IMG/VR virus record: IMGVR_UViG_3300017705_000302
Location: 1 to 24,775 of that record
From: a virus
Taxonomy: Duplodnaviria; Caudoviricetes
DNA length: 24,775 bases
Reading direction: 5' to 3' (one strand)
Under the pieces are notes generated by a model, which ran no database searches, was not told where the DNA came from, and saw nothing but the letters and a program-made list of their open reading frames with translations. Of the stretch, positions 6,653 through 15,797 are shown in pieces (the first letter of the stretch is position 1; each line of letters opens with the position of its first letter). The position numbers and the translations under genes were made by a program.

Positions 6653-8761
6653 ATGGCTAAAAAGAAAGATTTCGTAGACCTTGGTGATAAGCTCGATAGA
6701 TTACTCGAGCATATGGTCGATAATGCCAACAAAACGAAAGCAGCTCAGGACCGCGCCACCGACTCTGCAGAGAGTAGAAGAGAGATTGCGGAATCGAGGA
6801 GGCTAGGAAAAGACCTCGACAATGCGGGTACAGAGGTAAAAAGAAATGCTAAGGCTGCTCTAGAAAATGCAGGTGCAATTGTAGGGTTGACTGCGAGCAT
6901 GGCTACCTTGAAAGGAGTTATGGGCGACCTCAAAGGAATGAACTCTCAGGTCTCTAAGTCCTTATCTCAAGTCCACTTAGCTAGCGAAGGAAGTAGTCGT
7001 ACGTTAGCTCGATTTAACGATTCTAACACCGGTCTAGTACAGCAAATAGAGACGTTTGGGGATGTTGTGGATTTAGGTATGAATAACTTCTCAGATGATA
7101 CACTGAAGTTCGCTACCCAACTAAAAGCGCAAGGTGTTAACCAGAAAGCCGTACTTGCTGCCATGCGAAATAACACTCAGGTTCTCGGAATGTCAGAGAA
7201 TGCCTCGTTAGAATTAGCAGATTCTCTTATATCAACTGCTGCTGAGAACGGCGATTCCATTGAAGGTCTGGTTAGCGCCCTTGATAGTATGAAAGACGCG
7301 ATGCTGGACGCCACCGTAGCTTTAGGACCTAAGGCAGCCGAAAACATGCAAAAAGTAGCAGCTATGATTGGTCAGCATAATAGCGGTCTCCAAGATGCAG
7401 CCGCTGACTTCGTTGCTTCCTTCCTAGGAGGCAGTAAAGGATTCGAAAAAGCTGCTGCACTAGGTGTTAAGTTTACCGGAGAGGAGGATACCCAGGAATT
7501 CGCTGCTAAAGTCTCCGAGCTAATGGGTAAAATTAATGATATGACCGCCGGGATGAAAGGCACCGGTTCTCAGTTTGCACTAGAATCTCTAGGGGAAGGG
7601 TTGCAGTTATCGATGGCTGATATCAACTTAGCTCAACAACTAGAAGGAGTCGATTGGGCAACTGATTTGGTAAGGGGTATGACCTCCCAAAATCAAGCCG
7701 ATTTATCTAAGAATAGCATAGAACAATCCTATATGAATTCGACTGCAAAGGGGCAAAAGAAGGGTCTCGAGGTTACTGAGGGTATAGCGTCTGTTATCCA
7801 ACGGATAGGAAGTTGGGGGAATGGATACTTCGTGCCTATGGCTGCCAGTCTCGTCACTATTATATCAACCCTATGGACCTTACATTCTTCGATTAAAGCT
7901 TTGAAAGTTGCGACACAGGCAATGTCCGGCGGTAACGGTATGGGGGATATGCTTCCCGGTAAAAAGGGTAGGTTAGGAAAAATGTTCAGCGCACTTACGG
8001 GTAAGATGGGTAAGTTTGGAAGTAAAATGAAGTACGTTAGTAACGTTTTCGGAAAAAACTTCTTAGGTATGTTTAGTGGTAAAGGTTCTATGGCATTACT
8101 TAAGAAATCGGGAGGAATCTTAGCTAAGGGCGCTTCTAAAATATTAGGTCCCGCTACTGCTATCGTGACGGGCGTTATGAAAGCGAATGAGGATGGGAAG
8201 AACTGGGTAGACGGTTTAAAAAGAGGAATGACCTCTGCTGCTATCTGGGGAGCGGGTGCTTTATTAGCTCCTGTTACAGGAGGTGCATCTCTAATTGGAG
8301 CTGCGGCTTTGGATGCTACGTTAGGGGACACGATATCGGAAGCGCTACCAGGCGGGCAAGCTGCCCCAGCTGAAGCTAAAGAGAAGAAAAAGCGCAGTAC
8401 CGCAGAACTAGCCAAACAAACAAAAGTTTCCATGTTGGAATTAGGTGTTACTAAAGACGCTGGGTTCACTAGTGATGAATTAGCTCGCATAGCCGAGAAC
8501 ACTCAGAAAAATCTTGAGTTTAACGAAGAAGTAAGGAATATGACTAGAGAACAGCTTGTTATGAAACAAGCCGAGTTAGAGGAACAGAAAGCTTCCCCAA
8601 TAACTGCAATAACCGGTTTCCTAGCTCAAAATGTAGCAAGTATGAATATGTTAATAACCCAAAACGAAACTGCTAACGAACAGCGCAGTGAACAGATTGC
8701 CGTATCCGAAGCAGCCAACCAACCCGCAACAGCAGCGTTCAGTGTAGGAGGTGCAATGTAA
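6653..8761 (+). CDS. Tail tape measure protein
   Basis: 702 aa, Ala/Gly/Leu/Met-rich and helical, with hydrophobic segments. Sits directly upstream of the tube initiator, LysM, hub and spike genes. Confidence 0.75.
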   Translation: MAKKKDFVDLGDKLDRLLEHMVDNANKTKAAQDRATDSAESRREIAESRRLGKDLDNAGTEVKRNAKAALENAGAIVGLTASMATLKGVMGDLKGMNSQVSKSLSQVHLASEGSSRTLARFNDSNTGLVQQIETFGDVVDLGMNNFSDDTLKFATQLKAQGVNQKAVLAAMRNNTQVLGMSENASLELADSLISTAAENGDSIEGLVSALDSMKDAMLDATVALGPKAAENMQKVAAMIGQHNSGLQDAAADFVASFLGGSKGFEKAAALGVKFTGEEDTQEFAAKVSELMGKINDMTAGMKGTGSQFALESLGEGLQLSMADINLAQQLEGVDWATDLVRGMTSQNQADLSKNSIEQSYMNSTAKGQKKGLEVTEGIASVIQRIGSWGNGYFVPMAASLVTIISTLWTLHSSIKALKVATQAMSGGNGMGDMLPGKKGRLGKMFSALTGKMGKFGSKMKYVSNVFGKNFLGMFSGKGSMALLKKSGGILAKGASKILGPATAIVTGVMKANEDGKNWVDGLKRGMTSAAIWGAGALLAPVTGGASLIGAAALDATLGDTISEALPGGQAAPAEAKEKKKRSTAELAKQTKVSMLELGVTKDAGFTSDELARIAENTQKNLEFNEEVRNMTREQLVMKQAELEEQKASPITAITGFLAQNVASMNMLITQNETANEQRSEQIAVSEAANQPATAAFSVGGAM

Positions 8762-9816
8762 TGCCTGGTATGAACCAAACTGAATTTTTAAAGGCAATGG
8801 CACAGACCGATGCCGATTTTAATAAAGCATATGTATCTCAAAATAAGGATAGAGGGGAGATAAACGCCAAGTTGGGTGCTGTAGAGAAGTTCCAGCTTAA
8901 TCAAGCCCTGGAAAAGCGAGGGGGGATACGGTTTAATTATGCGCCAACCCAAGAGTCCTCTGTGACGAAAAAAGTGTGGCTCCCTTTCTATGAAAACCCT
9001 ACGATTACGGAATCACGAAAGGCTAATTACGCTACTACAAAAATTTATTTACGGAATGAACCTGTAAGACTTTACACCAGCAGCGAGGCTAGAAAATTTA
9101 AAGTAGATGTTCATTATAGCCTGATTCACATGGCTGCAATGCTTGGGACCGAAGATATTATGGGTATGTTCTCTCTAGACGGTGACGAGACTGCTTACCG
9201 TGATACCATTGCGGTAGCCAAATATATAGAGGAAACGGTTAGTAGGGACACTAACAGCACCTCCACTGCTGTCTCTGACGCCAGCCTTGCCGCACAATCC
9301 TACGAGAGAGGTGTTACAGAGGACGGACCATGGGGTCCGAACCGCTGGTGGAAGAATCCTAGCCAATCGTCTCAAGGGTCCAACCGCTGGAATTTTGCGT
9401 TAATGTGGGTTATGAGGAACACTCCTCAATGGGTCAACCACCATAAAATAATTCAAAAAGTTATAAACAATGTCCGCAGCTCGGTAATCGGAACCGCGCA
9501 AATGCCTGTAAAGGGACCACCTATAGTGGAACTGAAATGGGGTACTATGTATGACTTCACCCCGTGCATCATAACGGATTACAAAATACAACCTGTGGAG
9601 AACGCCGGTTACGATAGTAAATCGCTTACCGCCCAGAGGTTAAAAATCTCACTCAGTCTAGAGGAAATGAGAAACATCAATGGTAACCAGTGGGGAAACC
9701 CTCAAATTGGTGGGGACCTTCCTGGCTGGGATTCTATTCAACAGCTAGGAAGCATTGACCCCGTTCCTACTGACTCTGTAAGAAATGCAGACGGCACCGT
9801 CTCGGAGGATTTCTAA
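8761..9816 (+). CDS. Baseplate tail-tube initiator (T4 gp48/gp54-like, CIS tube/gpU-like)
   Basis: LPFYENPTITESRKANY....R.EP...Y..S..R and PPIVELKWG....CIITDYKI motifs; canonical position after the tape measure gene. Confidence 0.75.
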   Translation: MPGMNQTEFLKAMAQTDADFNKAYVSQNKDRGEINAKLGAVEKFQLNQALEKRGGIRFNYAPTQESSVTKKVWLPFYENPTITESRKANYATTKIYLRNEPVRLYTSSEARKFKVDVHYSLIHMAAMLGTEDIMGMFSLDGDETAYRDTIAVAKYIEETVSRDTNSTSTAVSDASLAAQSYERGVTEDGPWGPNRWWKNPSQSSQGSNRWNFALMWVMRNTPQWVNHHKIIQKVINNVRSSVIGTAQMPVKGPPIVELKWGTMYDFTPCIITDYKIQPVENAGYDSKSLTAQRLKISLSLEEMRNINGNQWGNPQIGGDLPGWDSIQQLGSIDPVPTDSVRNADGTVSEDF

Positions 9817-10115
9817 TGGCATTAAATGGTGATAGACAAAATATTTTTCAAGGAAGAGTAATTTCTCATAGAGGAAAGACTATAACAGATATAGGAATGT
9901 CGAAAAAATATAGGTCTTTTGTAAATTCATTACAAGAACCTGGGCAAGCGAAAATCGCTATAATCCCTAATACTATGGAAGGTCGTCCTGATTTGCTGGC
10001 TTATGCGGCATACGAAAATGAACTTTTGTGGTGGGTTATTGTAGAGGCAAATAATGTATACGATTATGAAGAAGACCTGAAAGCAGGGACCCAAATAATT
10101 ATACCCCAATTATAA
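9816..10115 (+). CDS. gp53: LysM-like baseplate wedge protein (T4 gp53 / P2 gpX-like)
   Basis: GRPDLLAY..Y....LWWVI..AN........L.AGT.I.IP. Confidence 0.88.
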   Translation: MALNGDRQNIFQGRVISHRGKTITDIGMSKKYRSFVNSLQEPGQAKIAIIPNTMEGRPDLLAYAAYENELLWWVIVEANNVYDYEEDLKAGTQIIIPQL

Positions 10116-10117
10116 CA

Positions 10118-13100
10118 ATGAGTAACACCGCCGCGTACAATGCAAACGAGGTTGCGGCAGTTTACATGTCGCTCGACCGTCGACATTTGTTGTCTAACGA
10201 TGAGGGGGGCAATAAGCTGGGGGACGATATATCTTTACAGAACGGTTTTTATGGCTTATCCGACCCCTTAAATATGAGGGGAGTACTGGAATCTTTTGAA
10301 GCGAATTTCGAACGTGGAAAAGGTAGCTCTACATATAAGATAAGAATTTTAAATCCGACTACTGAACTAGAGGATATACTTATGGGGTTTTACGATAATG
10401 TATTTCCTTCTAACACTTCTGTTTACAAATCATTTAAACATGAGAGTGACCGTCAAAGGAGAATGCTTGCAGTTTCGGGCTCGACGGGAGATAAGGACAC
10501 AGCGTTCCTGAAGGTTAATGAAGTGCCGCAGCTACCCCGAGTGTATTTAAGATTCGGGTATGGCACTACCTCAAGACAAGGATTATCGCGAATACACAAA
10601 GCGGTAATTACCGATTTAAAATATATTGTTTCGGATAAAAAGGATAAGGTGATTGAGCTTGCATGCGTGGACCTGTATACATTTAATAAACTCAACCCTT
10701 CATTTAATAAGAGACCTTATATTTCTCGAGTATCTGTTTTGGATAAGGTAGATGGAGAACTGTCTCTACGACCACCTTCTGCAATCCTAGCGGAATTATT
10801 TGCTAAGTATACCTCTGCTTACCCGGGGTGTATTCCTATAGTAGACTTGGGCGCTTATGTGGACAAGATAGATAATCTTACTTACTCAGTAGCCTTTGCG
10901 ATGGCGGAAGGGGATGCCATATCTCAAAAAGAAGCAGAAGCAACGGAAGAAGAGCCACAAGAACGCGACGATACCACTGTTACACCACTCACTGAGGAGC
11001 AAATTAAACTTGTTAAAAAAGCCTTAAACCAGCCATTAACTAGTAAGAAAGCTCTTGACCGTGAGGTTAAAGGAGTTGTAACTCAACAGATTCTCTTTCA
11101 AGCCTACAAGATGATGTTTGAGCAAATAGGGTTAAGCTGGGAAATACAAGAGATGGAGGAGACGGGGTCGGTTACAGGACCTCCAGCACAAAATCAAACG
11201 AATGCCACGCAACAACCAACCCAAATGTCTGATTATCAAGCTGCCTCCCAAAAAAGGGAGAGTACAGCCAACGCTTTAAAATCCGACCTACCTGTAAACC
11301 TTCAAACTGATTTGTTGCGTGCAGGATTTACTAGTCAGCTTACCACATTAGGTAATCGTTCTGGAACCAAAGCATTAAGTTTTTGGCCGATGGGGTATCG
11401 GGCGTCAGGAGAACCGTCTATTAGTGTAGACGCTTCAGGCAACTCTATTACTACATACGGTCCCCCTAACCCTACTATTAGACCCTTAACTACAGTTGAG
11501 AAGACCAATTTGCTAGCTAGTAATTTTGCTCCTTTGTGGGTAGATGCGGGGATGATTAATCCTGCTAACTATATTGTAAATTCCTACGTAAACGAAGATT
11601 CCTCTTTTAAATATCAGTTCACTGTGGGAGATTTAGTCAGTAAAGGTCAACTACCTACGGATATCGGTATGAATAACCCTGCCGGCGCTTGGGCAGGTAA
11701 ACCTATGCCTGTAAGTATTCCGGTCATAACTGTAGACAACCCGGACACATTTCTTTCTGTAGGCGCCCAAAACAATACTGATGAGATTACAATCCCTTAT
11801 AATATTCCTCTAATCGATTTAGATAAGGGGGATGATTTAGTACGTATCCCTGAGTACGACAAACTTCCTGAAGGGGAATTCCGAACATGGGGTCATTACG
11901 CCTCAGGAACTCTGCTTGCGGCAGGTGAGCCAGGTATCCCTGATGCCCTGATACCTTCAATAGCGGATAACCCCCCTCTTTTAAATTTAGAACCTACTTA
12001 CGCGACAGTTCAATGGCTAGCACATGCAGCAACTGCATACCAAGTAGAGATAGATGAACAAAATGCTGAGAATGAACAAGAACAACAGAAGGAGTTAGAA
12101 GAAGGTAACGTCGCAGACAATACTACCGAAAGCCCTTCCGAAGTTATTACTCTTGAAAACACCGAGGAATGGGATACCGAAGTAAAGGATATGTTCAATG
12201 CGTATGTGTATATGGGGGACTCCAACGAATCTCCTCATATTAGTGTGTTTTTTGAAAAGATATTAAATAATCTAAATCGGGTAATCATTGGTAATGACTC
12301 AAAGTTAATGATACAGTCTTTACCAGTAAATACACTTTCTTCAGAGGATAGAGAAACATTATCCCGGACGGTACCTGCCTTGGAAGGGTATGACTGGGAG
12401 GATGATTGGGTACAGAAGGATTCGGTACTTTTAATCGTAGGTACGGAGAGTGATATTACCTCTCAATACGGAGACCCAATAGTAAGAGAGATTTTCTCTT
12501 TCCCCCAAATAAAACAAGAAAAGGTCCAAGATTCAGGAGTCACCTCCGACGCTGCTATGGAATTCGAAAACCAAATTCTATGGTTAGATTATGGTACCCC
12601 TGATTCAATTATCGCCAAATTAGATTTTGAGGGAGACAGTCGTGTTCTTATTAATTTAGCACAAAGCAATTTTACTGCTCGCCAATTTAATGATATAAAA
12701 AAACTATTTGACCCCAAGGACCTTTCTAAGAGTATGATTACCAATATTCTTTCTATAGGGTTACAGAATAAAATTTCCACAATACTTGCTGAATCCAAAG
12801 CCGCTGGAGACTCTGATGAAACCCAAAGGGAAAAAATCGCGGGCGCGGTCCGTTTAAGCAATCTCGTTAAAGAGAGTGTACAGAGTTCTAACGCCCTTAT
12901 AGATAAAGAGCTGCTTGAAATATTCCCAGAGATGGTGGGGACCTTTGAGGACAAAGTCTTGGACCAAATAGCAGGAAAAAAATCTGCTAAAGACATGCGC
13001 GTTCTAGCAAGTCTGGTTTCAAACCCCCATACTTTAAATTGGCTTTTTCCTGAAGCTCAGATTGATGGAGCTACAAACAAACAAAAAACTCAAAGTATTA

Positions 13101-13516
13101 TAGTAACTGCCGGAGGGGTGAAGAAGGTGGAGTTTGAAGAGCCTATTATGGAAAGAAAAGTGGATTTCTCTCAAATGTATTCCCGTATTAACGAAATGCA
13201 AGAACAGTTTAAGCTTACCGACGTAAAACATAATTATATTGCCGCAATGCAACAAGAGTCTTTTAATATTAAGCTTACGACTTTAGGATTACCCGAAATA
13301 GATAATCCCGCACAAGAGTTTTTGAGCAGATATGTTTTCCTTAAGTTTTATGACCCTAGGTTAGCCAATGGTTCCCTTCATTGGTTGAGTGGAGTTTATA
13401 AAATGTCAGGATTTAGACATGTAATTAACCCGAGCCAAGGATTCTTAACTCAATTAAGTTTATATAAACTTCCAGGCTCCGCAGGAGACATACAAACAGC
13501 GAGGGATACACGATAA
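10118..13516 (+). CDS. Large baseplate hub protein (T4 gp27 / P2 gpD / VgrG N-terminal-like) with long insertions
   Basis: N-terminal IRILNP and VYLRFGY; C-terminal LTTLGLP...LSGVY.....H.I....GF.T.L.L; located between the LysM and spike genes. Confidence 0.7.
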   Translation: MSNTAAYNANEVAAVYMSLDRRHLLSNDEGGNKLGDDISLQNGFYGLSDPLNMRGVLESFEANFERGKGSSTYKIRILNPTTELEDILMGFYDNVFPSNTSVYKSFKHESDRQRRMLAVSGSTGDKDTAFLKVNEVPQLPRVYLRFGYGTTSRQGLSRIHKAVITDLKYIVSDKKDKVIELACVDLYTFNKLNPSFNKRPYISRVSVLDKVDGELSLRPPSAILAELFAKYTSAYPGCIPIVDLGAYVDKIDNLTYSVAFAMAEGDAISQKEAEATEEEPQERDDTTVTPLTEEQIKLVKKALNQPLTSKKALDREVKGVVTQQILFQAYKMMFEQIGLSWEIQEMEETGSVTGPPAQNQTNATQQPTQMSDYQAASQKRESTANALKSDLPVNLQTDLLRAGFTSQLTTLGNRSGTKALSFWPMGYRASGEPSISVDASGNSITTYGPPNPTIRPLTTVEKTNLLASNFAPLWVDAGMINPANYIVNSYVNEDSSFKYQFTVGDLVSKGQLPTDIGMNNPAGAWAGKPMPVSIPVITVDNPDTFLSVGAQNNTDEITIPYNIPLIDLDKGDDLVRIPEYDKLPEGEFRTWGHYASGTLLAAGEPGIPDALIPSIADNPPLLNLEPTYATVQWLAHAATAYQVEIDEQNAENEQEQQKELEEGNVADNTTESPSEVITLENTEEWDTEVKDMFNAYVYMGDSNESPHISVFFEKILNNLNRVIIGNDSKLMIQSLPVNTLSSEDRETLSRTVPALEGYDWEDDWVQKDSVLLIVGTESDITSQYGDPIVREIFSFPQIKQEKVQDSGVTSDAAMEFENQILWLDYGTPDSIIAKLDFEGDSRVLINLAQSNFTARQFNDIKKLFDPKDLSKSMITNILSIGLQNKISTILAESKAAGDSDETQREKIAGAVRLSNLVKESVQSSNALIDKELLEIFPEMVGTFEDKVLDQIAGKKSAKDMRVLASLVSNPHTLNWLFPEAQIDGATNKQKTQSIIVTAGGVKKVEFEEPIMERKVDFSQMYSRINEMQEQFKLTDVKHNYIAAMQQESFNIKLTTLGLPEIDNPAQEFLSRYVFLKFYDPRLANGSLHWLSGVYKMSGFRHVINPSQGFLTQLSLYKLPGSAGDIQTARDTR

Positions 13517-14643
13517 TGCCATTACAAGATGAAATTTCAGCCGCAGGAGGAGTAGCATCATATGCTAAGGACCTTTTAAATAAAATGAGATTGTACGGGG
13601 AGGAAACACCTGTACAAGAAGAAGTTACCCAAGAGTCTGCCCCAGTCCCAGCTACAGGGTTAGCGTTTGGGATGGTTACTCAGTGTTTGGACGAGGAACG
13701 CGCTGGAAGAATAAAAGTTCAATCTTTAAAGTTCGGAAAAGAACCCCAAACTTGTGATTATGTATCGCCCATCGCCGGGGCTGGATACGGTTTATTTGCG
13801 GTTCCTGGAATCGGTTCGGTTGTGTTGGTAGGGGAGAACCCTTACTCAGATACTCATGCTAAGTATTTTTGGCTTGGGTGCCTGTACGCACCCGGGCAAA
13901 GAGAAGTTCCTGGTCTAAAATCTCAACCTTATATATTTGGCAAAGGTCACGAAGCGCAGATGGTCAAAACAGAAGTAGATGATGATGGGAAACCACTCCC
14001 TAATAATCCTACTGTATCCTTTGGGGTTCCTAATGAGGGTAGTGTTTATCAGGACAACGACCTCCCCGATTCGTTCGTTTTAAAACACCCTGCAGGACAT
14101 AGTATATCTTTAACTGATAAAAACTCCCCTGAACGTAAAACTAATGAAATAAAAATAAAATCAGCACAAAATAAGAGGCTAATTTTAAGTGATGCTCCCG
14201 CCGAAGGCTCCGGAGGAGAGCGAATTACTTTGAGTGACGAGAACGGTAATTCTATATGTATCGCAACCGAAGCAGCAAAAGCTGAAAAGCCCCCACTAAC
14301 TGCGGATTCGATTAACACTTTCGCAAAGGGCAATATAAATGTGGATAGCGTTGAAGGTCATATAGACCACACTATTAGCAAGAAAAGTCAGGGGGATTAC
14401 ATCATATCAAATGCGGGCACAGGTAATATTGATATTGGAGCTGATAATGGGCATGTTATAATAGATGCTAAAGCAGGAATCACTCTAACATGTGGCTCCT
14501 GTAGTATTAAGATGACCCCTAACTCTATTAATATCACTGGTCCTACCGGAGATGTGGTTATCGATTCAACCTCACTCAACAAACATACCCACCCAACAAT
14601 GGTGGGTCCAGTACCTGGGGTTACATCTCCGCCAGTTCCATAA
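13516..14643 (+). CDS. Baseplate central spike (gp5/gpV/VgrG C-terminal-like)
   Basis: OB-fold motifs D....GRIKV and GYGLFAVPGIGSVVLV...WLG, beta-helix-like repeats, and a terminal HTH (HxH) metal-binding tip. Confidence 0.88.
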   Translation: MPLQDEISAAGGVASYAKDLLNKMRLYGEETPVQEEVTQESAPVPATGLAFGMVTQCLDEERAGRIKVQSLKFGKEPQTCDYVSPIAGAGYGLFAVPGIGSVVLVGENPYSDTHAKYFWLGCLYAPGQREVPGLKSQPYIFGKGHEAQMVKTEVDDDGKPLPNNPTVSFGVPNEGSVYQDNDLPDSFVLKHPAGHSISLTDKNSPERKTNEIKIKSAQNKRLILSDAPAEGSGGERITLSDENGNSICIATEAAKAEKPPLTADSINTFAKGNINVDSVEGHIDHTISKKSQGDYIISNAGTGNIDIGADNGHVIIDAKAGITLTCGSCSIKMTPNSINITGPTGDVVIDSTSLNKHTHPTMVGPVPGVTSPPVP

Positions 14644-14645
14644 TC

Positions 14646-15785
14646 ATGACTATCATAATAGAAAAAGAAATATATTGTAGTTCCCTTTGTTTTTATGGAA
14701 CGACAAGAGATACCCCAGACCGGTATGCCGTACAAATTGGGAGTGGCAAAACCTTAAGCGAGTTTTTCGGGCAGACTTATGCATTAGATACCGTTTCTGG
14801 TAGCCAAATGGTATACAGAAATCACGACCCCAGAAGTGATGGCTCCTTTCCCCCTACCCCCAAAATAGTTACTAAGATAAGCGTGGAGCCCATGTGGACC
14901 CAGAGTAATATAAGTCCTGAGTATCCTAGCGGTAAATCAGCGTTTTTTGCTGATGTAAGAATTCAACCTTATATTGCCACACTACCTCTTAATAATTTAA
15001 CTCAAAATTTCTTTGCTTTCTCTGCAACAAATGATGTTGAGTGGGAACTTAACCAATGGAGTCCTAGCGCGGGATTAGAAGAAGTTAACGATATTCATTT
15101 TGACGATAAGTTCGTCCTCCAGCCATGGGAAGATTTAAAGGTAAGATTATTAAATGCTGATTTGTCGGGCACCTTACAACCATTCGCGCAAGGAAATCCC
15201 ACTGCCGACAATGCTAGATGGCTTGAATGGAAGAATGGTTGGGAGAACTCCACCCAACCCGCTGCCAAGATTCGTGTTGAGATGGAAGAGTTCGTCCCTT
15301 CCTCTCAGTATTATCATCGCACAAGCCTCAATGAGGTAAAAGTTAAAGGTAATGAGCTCAGCGCCACACCCGAGGGGTGGCAAGAGGTAACTCTTTTAGA
15401 TTTTCAAAGCACTTCGCTAACGCTTAACGAGGCTCCGTTTAACACCTCATCGTTCACGTCCTTCCAGTTAGATAACTTAGATTTCCGCGGCGGTTATCCA
15501 TGGGGAGGAACGAACACCTCTAGGTTTATGTATTCAATTATGTTGCATACTGAAGGAAACCCTCCTGCCACCAGATACATTAGAAAATATGTTAGGTTTG
15601 CTGGCGGAGCAGTATCCGACTTAGAAATCAATGGACTTTTACAGGATATAGGTCCTATACAAATAGAGAAGGGACAGTGGTTGGCAGCGAGAGTGTATGA
15701 AATCGCAGCGGCTATACCAACAACTACCGAAGCTTACACAGCTAGACAAATGCCAGCATTTTGGCTAAATGGAACAATAACCTAA
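14646..15785 (+). CDS. Hypothetical virion protein, probably two tandem beta-sandwich domains
   Basis: 379-aa ORF 2 nt after the spike stop; aromatic and beta-rich; no family recognised. Confidence 0.6.
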   Translation: MTIIIEKEIYCSSLCFYGTTRDTPDRYAVQIGSGKTLSEFFGQTYALDTVSGSQMVYRNHDPRSDGSFPPTPKIVTKISVEPMWTQSNISPEYPSGKSAFFADVRIQPYIATLPLNNLTQNFFAFSATNDVEWELNQWSPSAGLEEVNDIHFDDKFVLQPWEDLKVRLLNADLSGTLQPFAQGNPTADNARWLEWKNGWENSTQPAAKIRVEMEEFVPSSQYYHRTSLNEVKVKGNELSATPEGWQEVTLLDFQSTSLTLNEAPFNTSSFTSFQLDNLDFRGGYPWGGTNTSRFMYSIMLHTEGNPPATRYIRKYVRFAGGAVSDLEINGLLQDIGPIQIEKGQWLAARVYEIAAAIPTTTEAYTARQMPAFWLNGTIT

Positions 15786-15797
15786 ATACAATAGACA

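Noticed and set aside
7729-8502. 257-aa minus-strand ORF
   Set aside because: It lies wholly antisense to the tape measure gene and is the shadow frame expected from Ala/Gly-rich codons; no motifs.
15782-15788. CTAAATA as a T4-type late promoter
   Set aside because: It is a single imperfect instance overlapping a stop codon, and TATAAATA does not recur upstream of other structural genes here.
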